This document shows positions 48,813-58,210 of a stretch of 64,000 bases of DNA, piece by piece. The stretch comes from Candidatus Multivoradales bacterium (GTDB taxonomy: Bacteria; Acidobacteriota; Thermoanaerobaculia; Multivoradales; Multivoraceae), in the NCBI GenBank assembly GCA_965223325.1, contig CBDCWI010000002.1:800001-864000 (forward strand), read 5' to 3'. Position 1 is the first letter of the stretch, and each line of letters opens with the position of its first letter. Below the pieces are notes generated by a model. It was given only the letters and a program-made list of their open reading frames with translations. It was not told the origin of the DNA and did not search any database. The position numbers were made by a program, and so were the translations under genes.

Positions 48813-49826
48813 ATGATCTCCAAGCTACGACTTCTCGCTGTCGCCTCGGCGGTCTTGTTGGCGGGCAACACACTCGCCGCAACACCCCCCGAGGTTCCAC
48901 GGACGGCAGATGGGCACCCATCGTTCGACGGGGTGTGGACCAACGCCTCCTTGACCCGTCTGACGCGCTCACCTGACGTTCCCCTGGTCCTCACACCGCA
49001 ACAAGCGGAAGAGATGGCGGGCGGGCACTTTCACAACGTGCGTGCGGCTCGCGACTCGAAGCCCAGCGACCCCAACCGCAGCGCCCCCGAAGCGGTCGAG
49101 AAGCTTCCCCCGGTAGGCAACTACAACGCCGGCTGGGTCGAACCGGGAACGAAGTACGGAGTGGTTCGGGGCGAAGTCCGTTCGTCATGGATCGTTTCCC
49201 CTGCCGACGGCCGCCTGCCGCTTCGCGAGGGGGTCTACAAACGCGATCGCTCGCTCCGCGAGACTCCCGATGACCCGGAAGTCATGTCACTGGGCGAACG
49301 CTGCCTGCTGGGCTTTGGCGGCACCGCCGGTCCGCCGATGCTCAACGTGCTCTACAACAACTACTACCGCATCGTGCAAGGTCGCGATCACGTCGCGATC
49401 GTGGTCGAAATGGTGCACGACACGCGCCTCGTGCGCCTCGGCGGCGAGCACAGTAGCGCCCTGTCGCCGCGCTGGCTGGGTGAATCGGTGGCCCATTGGG
49501 AGGGCGACACGCTGGTGATCGAGACGGCAAACTTCCACCCCATTCGGGCGCTCAACGGGCCGATTCCCTACTCCGCCGACGCGGTGGTCACTGAGCGCCT
49601 TACCCGGGATTCGGCTACCGAGCTGCACTACGAGTTCCTCATCGAAGACCCGACCTTCTACACCGAAGCCATCCGCGGGGAAATGACCTTTCGGGCGGTC
49701 GACGAGGCGGTCTTCGAGTACGCCTGCCACGAGGGCAACTACGGCCTCAAGAACATTCTCACCGGCGCGCGCTTCGAGGAACAGAACGAAGTCGAGAGTG
49801 CCAGCAAAGAGTCCGATCGCGAGTGA
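48813..49826 (+). CDS. Exported hypothetical protein, EYACHEGNY family (copy 1)
   Basis: Signal peptide. PRTADGHP..GVW, ERCL...GPP..YNN..IVQ, HWEGDTLV and EYACHEGNY. Confidence 0.8.
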   Translation: MISKLRLLAVASAVLLAGNTLAATPPEVPRTADGHPSFDGVWTNASLTRLTRSPDVPLVLTPQQAEEMAGGHFHNVRAARDSKPSDPNRSAPEAVEKLPPVGNYNAGWVEPGTKYGVVRGEVRSSWIVSPADGRLPLREGVYKRDRSLRETPDDPEVMSLGERCLLGFGGTAGPPMLNVLYNNYYRIVQGRDHVAIVVEMVHDTRLVRLGGEHSSALSPRWLGESVAHWEGDTLVIETANFHPIRALNGPIPYSADAVVTERLTRDSATELHYEFLIEDPTFYTEAIRGEMTFRAVDEAVFEYACHEGNYGLKNILTGARFEEQNEVESASKESDRE

Positions 49827-52549
49827 CTCTCTGGGCAGGCTCCGCGCATCGTTGGCCTCCCGCGCTCGGAGGTTGCTCTTGCATGCTGCTCGTGTTGTTG
49901 GTCGTGCCCCTCGCCTCGCAGCCGTTGGCGCCGGCTCCAGCCGACGAAGCTTCGATCCTGGCGTCGTTCGAGTTGCGCAACATAGGACCCTTCCGGCCTG
50001 GCTCGTGGATCACCGCAATTGCGGTTCCCGAGATACCAGCCGCCGAGGCCCGTTCCCCCCACCGCTACACCTTCTACATCGGGGCCCGCAACGGCGGCGT
50101 GTGGAAGACTGACAACCTCGGAACGACCTTCGAGAACACCACCGATCCCTACGGCATCTCGGCCGTCGGTTCGCTCGCCGTTGCACCTTCCGATCCGTCG
50201 GTCATCTGGCTCGGAACGGGCGACGCTGAGAACGCACGCAGCTCGTACTCCGGCAACGGCATCTGGCGCTCGACGGACGCTGGAGAGACCTGGCAACACC
50301 GCGGACTCACCGACAGCCATCACATCGCGCGCATCGTAGTGCACCCAGAAGAGCCCGGCACCGCCTGGGTCGCCGCCATGGGTCACCTGTTCTCGACGAA
50401 CGACCAGCGCGGTGTGTTTCGCACCCGCGACGGCGGCGAGACCTGGCAGAAAATCCTCGCTCTCGGACCCGAGGTCGGCGTCATCGATCTGGTGGGAAAT
50501 CCGCAAGAGCCGGAGGTGCTCTACGCCGCCTCCTACGACAAGGTGCGCCTGCCCTGGCACTTCGAAGCAGGCGGTCACCGCAGCCGGATCCATCGGAGCC
50601 GTGACGGGGGCGACACCTGGAAGCTCCTCTCGCGCGGGCTACCACAAGGTGTCCTGGGGCGCATCGGTCTCGACATTCACCGCGCCGACCCCGACATCCT
50701 CTACGCGATCATCGAGAACCTCGAAGCGAGCGACGACAAAGACGAGGACGGAAACGTGCTCCCCTTCGGTAATCAGGTCTACCAGAGCGAGAACGGCGGC
50801 GAGAGCTGGCGACGGGTCAGTCCAGACGGGGTTTCGATCGGCTCGAAGTCGGCCTACGCCTTCAATGAGATTCGGGTCGACCCACGCGACTCCTCAAAGG
50901 TGTACGTGCTTTCGGAAAGCCTCCTGTCATCATTCGATGGCGGAGAGAGCTGGAACGATCTCGAGTGGCCACCGCAAACGCTCTTCGCTTCGATCTTTGG
51001 TGATGTACGTGCCTTCTGGATCGATCCGTATGACCCGCGTCGCATGATCCTGGGCTCAGACGGTGGCGTCTTTCTGACCTGGGACGGTGGCAAGACGGCC
51101 GACAGCCTTCACAACCTCCCGCTCGGTGAGGTCTACGCCGTCGCCGTCGACCTCGAGCAGCCCTACAACGTCTACGCCGGGCTCCAGGACCACGAGGTCT
51201 GGCGCGGACCCGTCAACTCGTGGTCAGGTGCGGTCACCCTCGAGGACTGGGTGGTCACCGGGAAGTGGGATGGCATGTACACCCAGGTCACCCCCGACGG
51301 GCGCTACGCCTACTCGACTACCCAGTTCGGCAACCACATCCGGGCTGATCTACGGCTCGGCGTGCGTTCCGAAATCGAACCAGAGCCGACCGACGGTGAC
51401 GGGGAGTACCGGTTTACCTGGACGCCACCGATTCAGATTTCACCGCACGACCCTGATCTCTTGTGGGCCGGAGCCCAGGTCTTGTTGTCGTCGACCGATC
51501 GCGGCGAGTCCTGGACCGTTCGATCTCCCGACTTGACCACCAACGACGAAGCGAAGATCGCCGGCAAGGGCCACATCCGCTACTGCACGATCACCACCCT
51601 GGCCGAGTCGGCCAAGGCGCCGGGCAGCCTCTGGGTGGGCACCGACGACGGCCGGGTCTGGCGCACGCCAGACGCCGGCGGCGAATGGATCGAGCTCAGC
51701 CAGGCTCTGGCTGTGGCCGGGGCACCAACCGCTCTGAGTGATACTCCCCGGTGGACCAGCCGCGTCGTTCCCTCGGCTCACGCACCCGAGCGCGCCTACG
51801 TCACGTTCTCGGGGTACCGGCGCGACGACATGACGCCCTACGTCTTGCGCACCGACGACAACGGCATCACCTGGAAAATGATCACCGCCGGCCTGCCCAC
51901 GGCCGCGGTTTCAGTGCTCGTCGAAGACCCGAAGAACCCGAACCTTCTGTTTGTCGGCCACGACCGTGGAGTGTCTGCCAGTCTCGACGGTGGTACGACC
52001 TGGTCCCCCTTCGGCAGGCTCCCGACGGTGCCGGTGCGCGATCTTCTGGTTCATCCACGCGAGGCTGACCTGGTCGTCGGCACCTACGGTCGTGGGGTCT
52101 GGGTCGGCGACATCGGGGTCGCACGCGAGCTCGACGCCACGCTGTTCGAGAAGGCCGTCCACCTCTTCGCCATCGAGGCAAAGCCCACGCGCCTGACCGA
52201 ACGCGACAGCTGGGGCGACCATGAGCTGTACGGTGACCGCCATATCGAGGTGCCCAACGAGCCTGACGGTCTCCTGATCCACTACTGGCTCGGAGCCGAT
52301 CTCGAGAAACCGCCGCGCATTCGCATTCGCCGAGCCGAGCGTGCCGACTTGGGGCTCGATGACCTCGCGGCGCTAGAAGGTGAATCCCAACGCGGTCTCC
52401 ACCAGATCCACTGGGACAGTCGAACGGCGAAGACGGGTGCGATCGAGGTGGTGCTCGAGGCGGGCGCCGACATTCAACGCCAGTACACCTGGTTGTTGGA
52501 CCCGCCACCGATGCCGGTCAATCCTCGCCTGGCCCCAGAACGACCCTGA
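49823..52549 (+). CDS. BNR/VPS10 (sortilin-like) beta-propeller protein, often annotated glycosyl hydrolase
   Basis: Multiple Asp-box repeats (STDAGETW, TRDGGETW, SRDGGDTW, SENGGESW), plus RNIGP and VGTYGRG. Confidence 0.85.
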   Translation: MTLWAGSAHRWPPALGGCSCMLLVLLVVPLASQPLAPAPADEASILASFELRNIGPFRPGSWITAIAVPEIPAAEARSPHRYTFYIGARNGGVWKTDNLGTTFENTTDPYGISAVGSLAVAPSDPSVIWLGTGDAENARSSYSGNGIWRSTDAGETWQHRGLTDSHHIARIVVHPEEPGTAWVAAMGHLFSTNDQRGVFRTRDGGETWQKILALGPEVGVIDLVGNPQEPEVLYAASYDKVRLPWHFEAGGHRSRIHRSRDGGDTWKLLSRGLPQGVLGRIGLDIHRADPDILYAIIENLEASDDKDEDGNVLPFGNQVYQSENGGESWRRVSPDGVSIGSKSAYAFNEIRVDPRDSSKVYVLSESLLSSFDGGESWNDLEWPPQTLFASIFGDVRAFWIDPYDPRRMILGSDGGVFLTWDGGKTADSLHNLPLGEVYAVAVDLEQPYNVYAGLQDHEVWRGPVNSWSGAVTLEDWVVTGKWDGMYTQVTPDGRYAYSTTQFGNHIRADLRLGVRSEIEPEPTDGDGEYRFTWTPPIQISPHDPDLLWAGAQVLLSSTDRGESWTVRSPDLTTNDEAKIAGKGHIRYCTITTLAESAKAPGSLWVGTDDGRVWRTPDAGGEWIELSQALAVAGAPTALSDTPRWTSRVVPSAHAPERAYVTFSGYRRDDMTPYVLRTDDNGITWKMITAGLPTAAVSVLVEDPKNPNLLFVGHDRGVSASLDGGTTWSPFGRLPTVPVRDLLVHPREADLVVGTYGRGVWVGDIGVARELDATLFEKAVHLFAIEAKPTRLTERDSWGDHELYGDRHIEVPNEPDGLLIHYWLGADLEKPPRIRIRRAERADLGLDDLAALEGESQRGLHQIHWDSRTAKTGAIEVVLEAGADIQRQYTWLLDPPPMPVNPRLAPERP

Positions 52550-52556
52550 GGAGGCG

Positions 52557-53645
52557 TTACTCCTGGGCTTCACGCTCGAGGAGCCGGGCCCCGCGCAGGA
52601 TGCCCCCCAGCGCATAGTTCCCTTCGTGGCAGGCGTACTCGTACATCTTCTTGTCGGTCGCCGGCCAGGGGTACTCACCACTGTAGGGCGCGGCGTAGTT
52701 CGGATCGTTGATGGTGAACTGGTAGCGCAGCGTGTTGCCGTCGATGCGGCTCCAGCGCTCGACTGCCTCGAGCCCCGGAGCGAAGGTGCTGGTGACGCCG
52801 CCCTTCGAGAGAAAGTTCGCGGTTCGAACGACCAGCGTGTCGCCCTCCCAGTGACCGACGGAGTTCCCGAGCCACCGCGGCGGCAAGTCATAGGGATCGA
52901 CGTCGCTCAGGTGGATGATGCGCGTGTCATGCATCCACTCGACGTGGATGAGAACGTGATCATCGGTTTGCACGATGCGCTTGATGTTGTTGTACATCGC
53001 GGGTCGCGCCGGCGGGCCAGCGGCACCGCGCGCCAACAAACAACGCTCGGCCAGTGGGCGCAACTCCGGATCGTCGTAGGGGCCGAAGTCGAGCCCGGGT
53101 TTCTCGAGCCACCAGGCGGTGCCGGTGTTCTCGTGTCGGTAGGGAGCCACGGCTGCCCGCTTTGCCTTCCCGGCCGCCGAGAGCGGCGGCATCTGGCCGT
53201 TCGCTGGTGACGTGAGGATCGAGGTGCGCCATTCGCCGTCGAGCTTGAAGGTCCCCTCGCCGATGTCGACAAAAAAGGCATTGTAGCCTCCGACCTTGCC
53301 GGCAGCACCGGTGAACTCGGGCGCGTAGATGCCCACCCCTCCTTCGGGAGGCGCCTCGCGATCCGGGTCGCTGGGCTGGTAGTCCTTCTCGAAGTTCTTG
53401 CGCCAGTGCTCGGCAATCGCCTGTGCCTCCTCGTCGCTGAGGGCGAGGCGATCACCGTAGTGCTGGGGACGCACAAACGGGGTGAGGGTCGCCGTGTCGT
53501 ACGTTCCCGAAAGATCGGGCCGACCGTCAGGCCGTCGCGGAACATCCTCCCCGTCGCTCGCGGCAACCAGCGGAGCCACGACCAGAAGCAGGAGGGCGGC
53601 GAACATGGTGAACGAACGTGGCAACGTGCTCTTTCGCTTCGGCAT
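52557..53645 (-). CDS. Exported hypothetical protein, EYACHEGNY family (copy 2)
   Basis: PRRPDGRPDLSG, ERCL...GPP..YNN..IVQ, HWEGDTLV and EYACHEGNY. Confidence 0.8.
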   Translation of the reverse strand: MPKRKSTLPRSFTMFAALLLLVVAPLVAASDGEDVPRRPDGRPDLSGTYDTATLTPFVRPQHYGDRLALSDEEAQAIAEHWRKNFEKDYQPSDPDREAPPEGGVGIYAPEFTGAAGKVGGYNAFFVDIGEGTFKLDGEWRTSILTSPANGQMPPLSAAGKAKRAAVAPYRHENTGTAWWLEKPGLDFGPYDDPELRPLAERCLLARGAAGPPARPAMYNNIKRIVQTDDHVLIHVEWMHDTRIIHLSDVDPYDLPPRWLGNSVGHWEGDTLVVRTANFLSKGGVTSTFAPGLEAVERWSRIDGNTLRYQFTINDPNYAAPYSGEYPWPATDKKMYEYACHEGNYALGGILRGARLLEREAQE

Positions 53646-53731
53646 AAAACTCCCCTCTGACTGACAATTGTCCTGACATCATAGGGCAAGCCTCACCACC
53701 CGCCGCCCGCAGCGGCCAGAGAAGGACAACC

Positions 53732-54733
53732 ATGATGCCTTCGTTTACTTCGCTCGCGCCTCGCCGCGAACCGCAGGCGCTTCCTCTAATGGTGCTGCTG
53801 TCCGTCTTGTTCATCGCTGGCTGCTCGGCGACCGACCGAGAGCACCCGCCTTCCGCCCGCCCCGCCCAAGTAGCAGCTCCCGACCTGGTTCCCGAAGTCT
53901 CCGATCCACGCTGGACCCACGGCAGCGGTCCGGTGGTGGGAGTCGACGCCGCCCACAACAACTTCCACACCTTGGATGACCGCTACGCGGTCTTCGGCGA
54001 ACTGCTGGGGCGCGACGGCTTCCGGGTGCGCTCGTGGAACGGCCCGACGACTCTCGAAGCACTCGCTCCCCTGGACGTCCTGGTGATCTCGAATGCCCAG
54101 GTCGAGGGCGATGCGTTCAGCGTCCTGCCAACCGAGTCGGCGTTCAGCGATCCAGAGATCGAGACCCTCTTCGCCTGGGTCGAGGAGGGCGGAGCCCTGT
54201 TCCTGATCGCCGATCACATGCCGCTTGCAGGAGCCGCAGCCGCGCTGGCAGAACGATTTGGTGTCCTGCTCACCAACGGTTACACCTACGGTGCACCAGC
54301 GGTGTTTCCTGACGTCTTCACGCGCGACAACAAGGGACTATCCAGCCATCCGATCGTCGCCGGGCCCCAGGGAATGCCCGCGGTCGAACAGGTCGCCAGT
54401 TTCGTCGGCAATGGTTTCCAGGTTCTCGAGCCCGACGGGTCCGATGAGCTCGGGGTCTGGGAACCCATCCTGACGTTCGGCCCCGACGCCTTTACGCTGA
54501 TGGCGCGCGAATGGGGTGAGCTCGAAGTCGACACGCCGCGGGTTCGCTCACCGTATTGGCACCACGGCGGAGTTCGCCGGGTCGGTTCCGGACGCATCGC
54601 GATCTTCGGCGAGGCGGCCATGTTCACCTCACAGCGTGCGGGTGACGTGGTCATGGGCATGGGACACCCTGAGGCGATCGACAACGCGCGGCTCACCCGC
54701 TACCTGCTCTACTGGCTCTGCGGCGACTTCTGA
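53732..54733 (+). CDS. Lipoprotein with class I glutamine-amidotransferase-like (DUF4350-like) fold
   Basis: Lipobox FIAGC. VDAAHNNFHT, WVEEGGALFLIADHMP and GRIAIFGEAAMFT. Confidence 0.6.
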   Translation: MMPSFTSLAPRREPQALPLMVLLSVLFIAGCSATDREHPPSARPAQVAAPDLVPEVSDPRWTHGSGPVVGVDAAHNNFHTLDDRYAVFGELLGRDGFRVRSWNGPTTLEALAPLDVLVISNAQVEGDAFSVLPTESAFSDPEIETLFAWVEEGGALFLIADHMPLAGAAAALAERFGVLLTNGYTYGAPAVFPDVFTRDNKGLSSHPIVAGPQGMPAVEQVASFVGNGFQVLEPDGSDELGVWEPILTFGPDAFTLMAREWGELEVDTPRVRSPYWHHGGVRRVGSGRIAIFGEAAMFTSQRAGDVVMGMGHPEAIDNARLTRYLLYWLCGDF

Positions 54734-54757
54734 GGGGCCCGGCCCCGTCCGGTTGCG

Positions 54758-56050
54758 CTAGCCGAGCGCGTTCTCGATCGCTCGTTCCAGGCGGGCGCTA
54801 CCTTCCGCCGCCTCGTTCTTGCTCAGGCACATCGGCGGTGCCATCCGCACGACGTTGCCGTACATACCGCCCTTACCCACCAGAAGCCCCTCTTCGCGCG
54901 TCGTTTCCATCAAACGACCCGCCACCGCCGCGTCAGGCTCGAGCCCCCCGGGTTTGACCAACTCGATCGCCAACATCAGTCCTCGACCGCGCACTTCGGC
55001 GATGGTTGGGAAACGCCTCGCCAGCTCGAGCAGATGACCACGGACTTCTTCCCCGCGTAGTCGGGCGTTGTTCTGCAGGTCGTTGTCGAGCATGAAGTCC
55101 AGGGTGGCAAGCGCACCCCGTGTGGCGAGCGGGTTGGCACCGAAGGTCGTAAACGGCCCGATAGGCAGCGAGTTGATGATCTCGGCCCTCGCGACGACAC
55201 CGCCAATGGCCAACCCGTTGCCGATGCCTTTAGCGAAGGTCAACATATCGGGCACCGCATCGTGTGCCTGATAGCCCCAGAAGTGGTCACCGGTTCGACC
55301 CCATCCGGTCTGCACCTCGTCTGAGATCCACAGGGCACCGTTGTTCTCGAGCACCGGCTTCATCGCGCCCAGGAGACCATCCGGCGGAACCAGGAAGCCG
55401 CCGACTCCCTGGATGGGCTCGGCGATCAGGCAGGCGACGTTGCCGGCCGTTGCCACTTCGATGACGTTCTCGAGGTCGCGAACACACTCGCCGATGTACT
55501 CCTCGTCGGGAAGATGCCCAAAGGGTGAGCGTAGACGGTAGCCACCGTGAACGTAGGAAACGTTGAAGGGCGCGTGCGGCATCGGCGACCACGACTTGAT
55601 GCCGGTGACCGCGGTCGCGCCATAGGAGTTGCCGTGGTAACTCGAGCGTAGGGCAAGGACCTGATTCGACTGGCGATAGTGGGTGGCAATGAGAAGCGCC
55701 GCGTCGTTGGCTTCACTGCCGGAGTTGGTGAAGAAAACCCGCGCGTCGGGAATGCCCGACAGCTTGGCAATGCGTTCGGCGAGTTCGATCGCCGGCTCGC
55801 ACAGATAGAGCGACGAGGTGTGCACGATCTTGGCGACCTGATCCTGGATCGCTGCGTTGATCGACGGCACAGCGTAGCCGCAACTGGTCACCAGAATGCC
55901 ACCGAAGAAGTCGAGGTAGGACCGTCCCTCGGCGTCCTTTACCCAGCAGCCCTCGCCGGAAACCAGGGCGATGGGATCGTTGTAGTAGAGCTTGGTCCAC
56001 GCCGGCAGAGCGGCACGATGGCGGTTCGTCAGATCCTGGTGTGTGGTCAT
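54758..56050 (-). CDS. Class III PLP-dependent aminotransferase
   Basis: YLDFFGG, NSGSEAN, YHG, EPIQG, DEVQTG, FAKG (PLP Lys) and RGRGLM. Confidence 0.93.
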   Translation of the reverse strand: MTTHQDLTNRHRAALPAWTKLYYNDPIALVSGEGCWVKDAEGRSYLDFFGGILVTSCGYAVPSINAAIQDQVAKIVHTSSLYLCEPAIELAERIAKLSGIPDARVFFTNSGSEANDAALLIATHYRQSNQVLALRSSYHGNSYGATAVTGIKSWSPMPHAPFNVSYVHGGYRLRSPFGHLPDEEYIGECVRDLENVIEVATAGNVACLIAEPIQGVGGFLVPPDGLLGAMKPVLENNGALWISDEVQTGWGRTGDHFWGYQAHDAVPDMLTFAKGIGNGLAIGGVVARAEIINSLPIGPFTTFGANPLATRGALATLDFMLDNDLQNNARLRGEEVRGHLLELARRFPTIAEVRGRGLMLAIELVKPGGLEPDAAVAGRLMETTREEGLLVGKGGMYGNVVRMAPPMCLSKNEAAEGSARLERAIENALG

Positions 56051-56200
56051 GATGGCCACAGGCTACCCGGAGCCGCGTTCCCTGTCACCACATGCGAGAG
56101 GCGAGGATCGTGGTCGAGGCCTAGCGAGGTTCAGCTTCAAACCGCCAAGGATAGAGACTGACCTCGCTCGATCAACCCTCGAAGCGCGGTCGCGCGCGCC

Positions 56201-57337
56201 TCACAGGCGAGGCTCGTACTGGATCTCGACTCGTCGGTTGCGCGCTCTGCCGGCGGGATCGTCGTCGCCATTCGGAGCCGTGTTGTGGGCAATGGGTTCG
56301 TGAGCACCGCGACCACGAGCGCGCATCAAGGCGTAGGGAACGCCCTCGTTGGCGTTGAGCCAGCGCATGACCGCTACGGCACGCGCTTCGGAGAGCTTCT
56401 GGTTGTACTCAACGCTGCCCAGAGAATCGGTGTGACCGATGACCCAGACGACCTCTGCTTGCTGGCGCAGGAGGTGCGCCACCTTGCGCAGTTCGGGGGT
56501 TGCCGCCGATTGCACGCGGGCACTGTCGAACTCGAACAACACATCGCCGGCCAGAGTCAGCGCCATGCGCCCCTCGTCGCTTCGTTCTGCGCCGAGCTCC
56601 ACCAGGATGCGGTCGTTGTCGGCGCGGCTGTAGGAGGAGCGCCGCTCGCGCCAATTGTCGTCCCGATCACTGCCGGTTCCCAACCGTACCCAGCCATCGT
56701 CATCAACGTGGATCGAGGCACCCCCGCTTTCGATGTGGACGTCACCGTCGCGCAGATCGATATCGGCTCCCGGAGTTCTGATGCCGTCGGCGGTGATCTC
56801 GACACCGCCAGCGCGGATTCCGCCAGGACCGATGACGACCCGATCGTCCGGGGTAGCACCCGGAGCCTCGCGCCGCTCACTACGCCGAGTCGACGTACCC
56901 GGCGAGCCGCGTTCGAAGGAATTGCCGCCAAGATCGATCAGGTCGCCGCTCCCAATGTTTCGGGTTCCACCGATGATCACCGATGAGCCGAATTCAATCT
57001 CACCGCTACCGCGGATCTTGAGTGCATGCTCGCCGCCCTCGATGGTGCTGTCGGTGATCAGGACATCGCCGCTCGACGACACCATCACACCGACGCCACC
57101 GGCGATGATGTGCGAATTGCGAATCGTGATGTCGCAGCTGCCGCGCGTGTTCACCGCATCTCCCGCGGTCTCGATCAAGCGACCCTCGATCAGTACGTCC
57201 TTGCTGCCTGAGCAGACCACCGGTTCCATCGGGCGTAGTTCGCCAGTTTGAGCTGCTAGCGGACCGGCTGCCAAGAAGGCTCCAACGGCGATCAGGACGC
57301 TGGCGATGACTTGCGAAGGAAGGAATAGGTACTTCAT
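56201..57337 (-). CDS. OmpA-family peptidoglycan-binding protein with N-terminal beta-helix-like region
   Basis: DVLFEFDSA, GHTD, YNQKLSEARA and NRRVEI. N-terminal I-x-x-S-x-I-x-G repeats. Confidence 0.85.
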   Translation of the reverse strand: MKYLFLPSQVIASVLIAVGAFLAAGPLAAQTGELRPMEPVVCSGSKDVLIEGRLIETAGDAVNTRGSCDITIRNSHIIAGGVGVMVSSSGDVLITDSTIEGGEHALKIRGSGEIEFGSSVIIGGTRNIGSGDLIDLGGNSFERGSPGTSTRRSERREAPGATPDDRVVIGPGGIRAGGVEITADGIRTPGADIDLRDGDVHIESGGASIHVDDDGWVRLGTGSDRDDNWRERRSSYSRADNDRILVELGAERSDEGRMALTLAGDVLFEFDSARVQSAATPELRKVAHLLRQQAEVVWVIGHTDSLGSVEYNQKLSEARAVAVMRWLNANEGVPYALMRARGRGAHEPIAHNTAPNGDDDPAGRARNRRVEIQYEPRL

Positions 57338-57446
57338 GACGCAGGCTCTCCATAGAGGGAGTTCTGGGGATGAAAAAACGGTGCTCGGTCTCTTGAAGAT
57401 TGCATTCTAGAGCGACGGCGCCGAGTGCCGCTCTTGCTCTCCAACG

Positions 57447-57480
57447 AAAAGAGGCGCCCACCGCAGAGCGGGGGCGCCTC
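57447..57480 (-). terminator. Rho-independent terminator downstream of the lipoprotein gene
   Basis: Minus strand GAGGCGCCC...GGGCGCCTC stem followed by TTTT. Confidence 0.8.
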
Positions 57481-57523
57481 GAACACTCCCTACCGACCAG
57501 AGTGGCCGGAAGGCGACGACGAA

Positions 57524-57919
57524 TCAGTGTCCGTCGTCGTCGTCAACGGCCTCTTCGACCGCATCTGCCGCATCGCCGACCGCGCCAGCGGCGGCACCGA
57601 CAACATCACCTGCGGCGTCGGCGGTGGCCTCAGCGGCGTCACCGATTGCCTCGCCAGTCGCGGCAGCTGCATCACCAACGGCATCCACCGCGTCACCAGC
57701 CATTTCACCAGCGGCCTCGACGGCATCACCAGCCGCTTCACCCACGGCCTCCACGGCGTCGCCAGCGGCGTCAGCGGCAGCGCCAACGGCGTCGTCGACG
57801 GCCTCGCCGGCACTTTCCATCGGACCCGCATCGGGGTCGTCACTGCTGCAACCGGCCAGCGGCAGCGCGAGCAGCGCGATGGCAAACAAAAGCAGCAGAA
57901 GGTTCTTCGTACGGTTCAT
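57524..57919 (-). CDS. Acidic Ala-rich lipoprotein with 11-residue repeats
   Basis: AGGAGG RBS, lipobox LAGC, and AGDAVEAxGEx repeats. Confidence 0.82.
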   Translation of the reverse strand: MNRTKNLLLLLFAIALLALPLAGCSSDDPDAGPMESAGEAVDDAVGAAADAAGDAVEAVGEAAGDAVEAAGEMAGDAVDAVGDAAAATGEAIGDAAEATADAAGDVVGAAAGAVGDAADAVEEAVDDDDGH

Positions 57920-58210
57920 CTTGTATTCCTCCTTCCGCAGTCGACCCTGGCGCCCGTGCCCCGCTCTCTCCCACACTGGGAGGACGCTGCAACCGCCGCC
58001 CGTCGATGCGGGTGTGTCCTGACTTGGAACGAAGACGTGAATTCTACCGGCTGCAGGTGCCACGGCACTCAGGTTGGGGAGACACTTTCCCGATCAGCCG
58101 CATCGTACTTCTAGAATTCCTCGTAATTACGCGGAGCGAGACCGCAGAGATCCATCCCGGTGGGTCCGAAGACTCATCGACTCGAAAGACAGGAAAGGCG
58201 CAGCGCGCGC

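Noticed and set aside
57920-58210. ncRNA in the long intergenic region before the lipoprotein gene
   Set aside because: GC-rich pairing is possible, but there is no recognisable family or clear boundaries.
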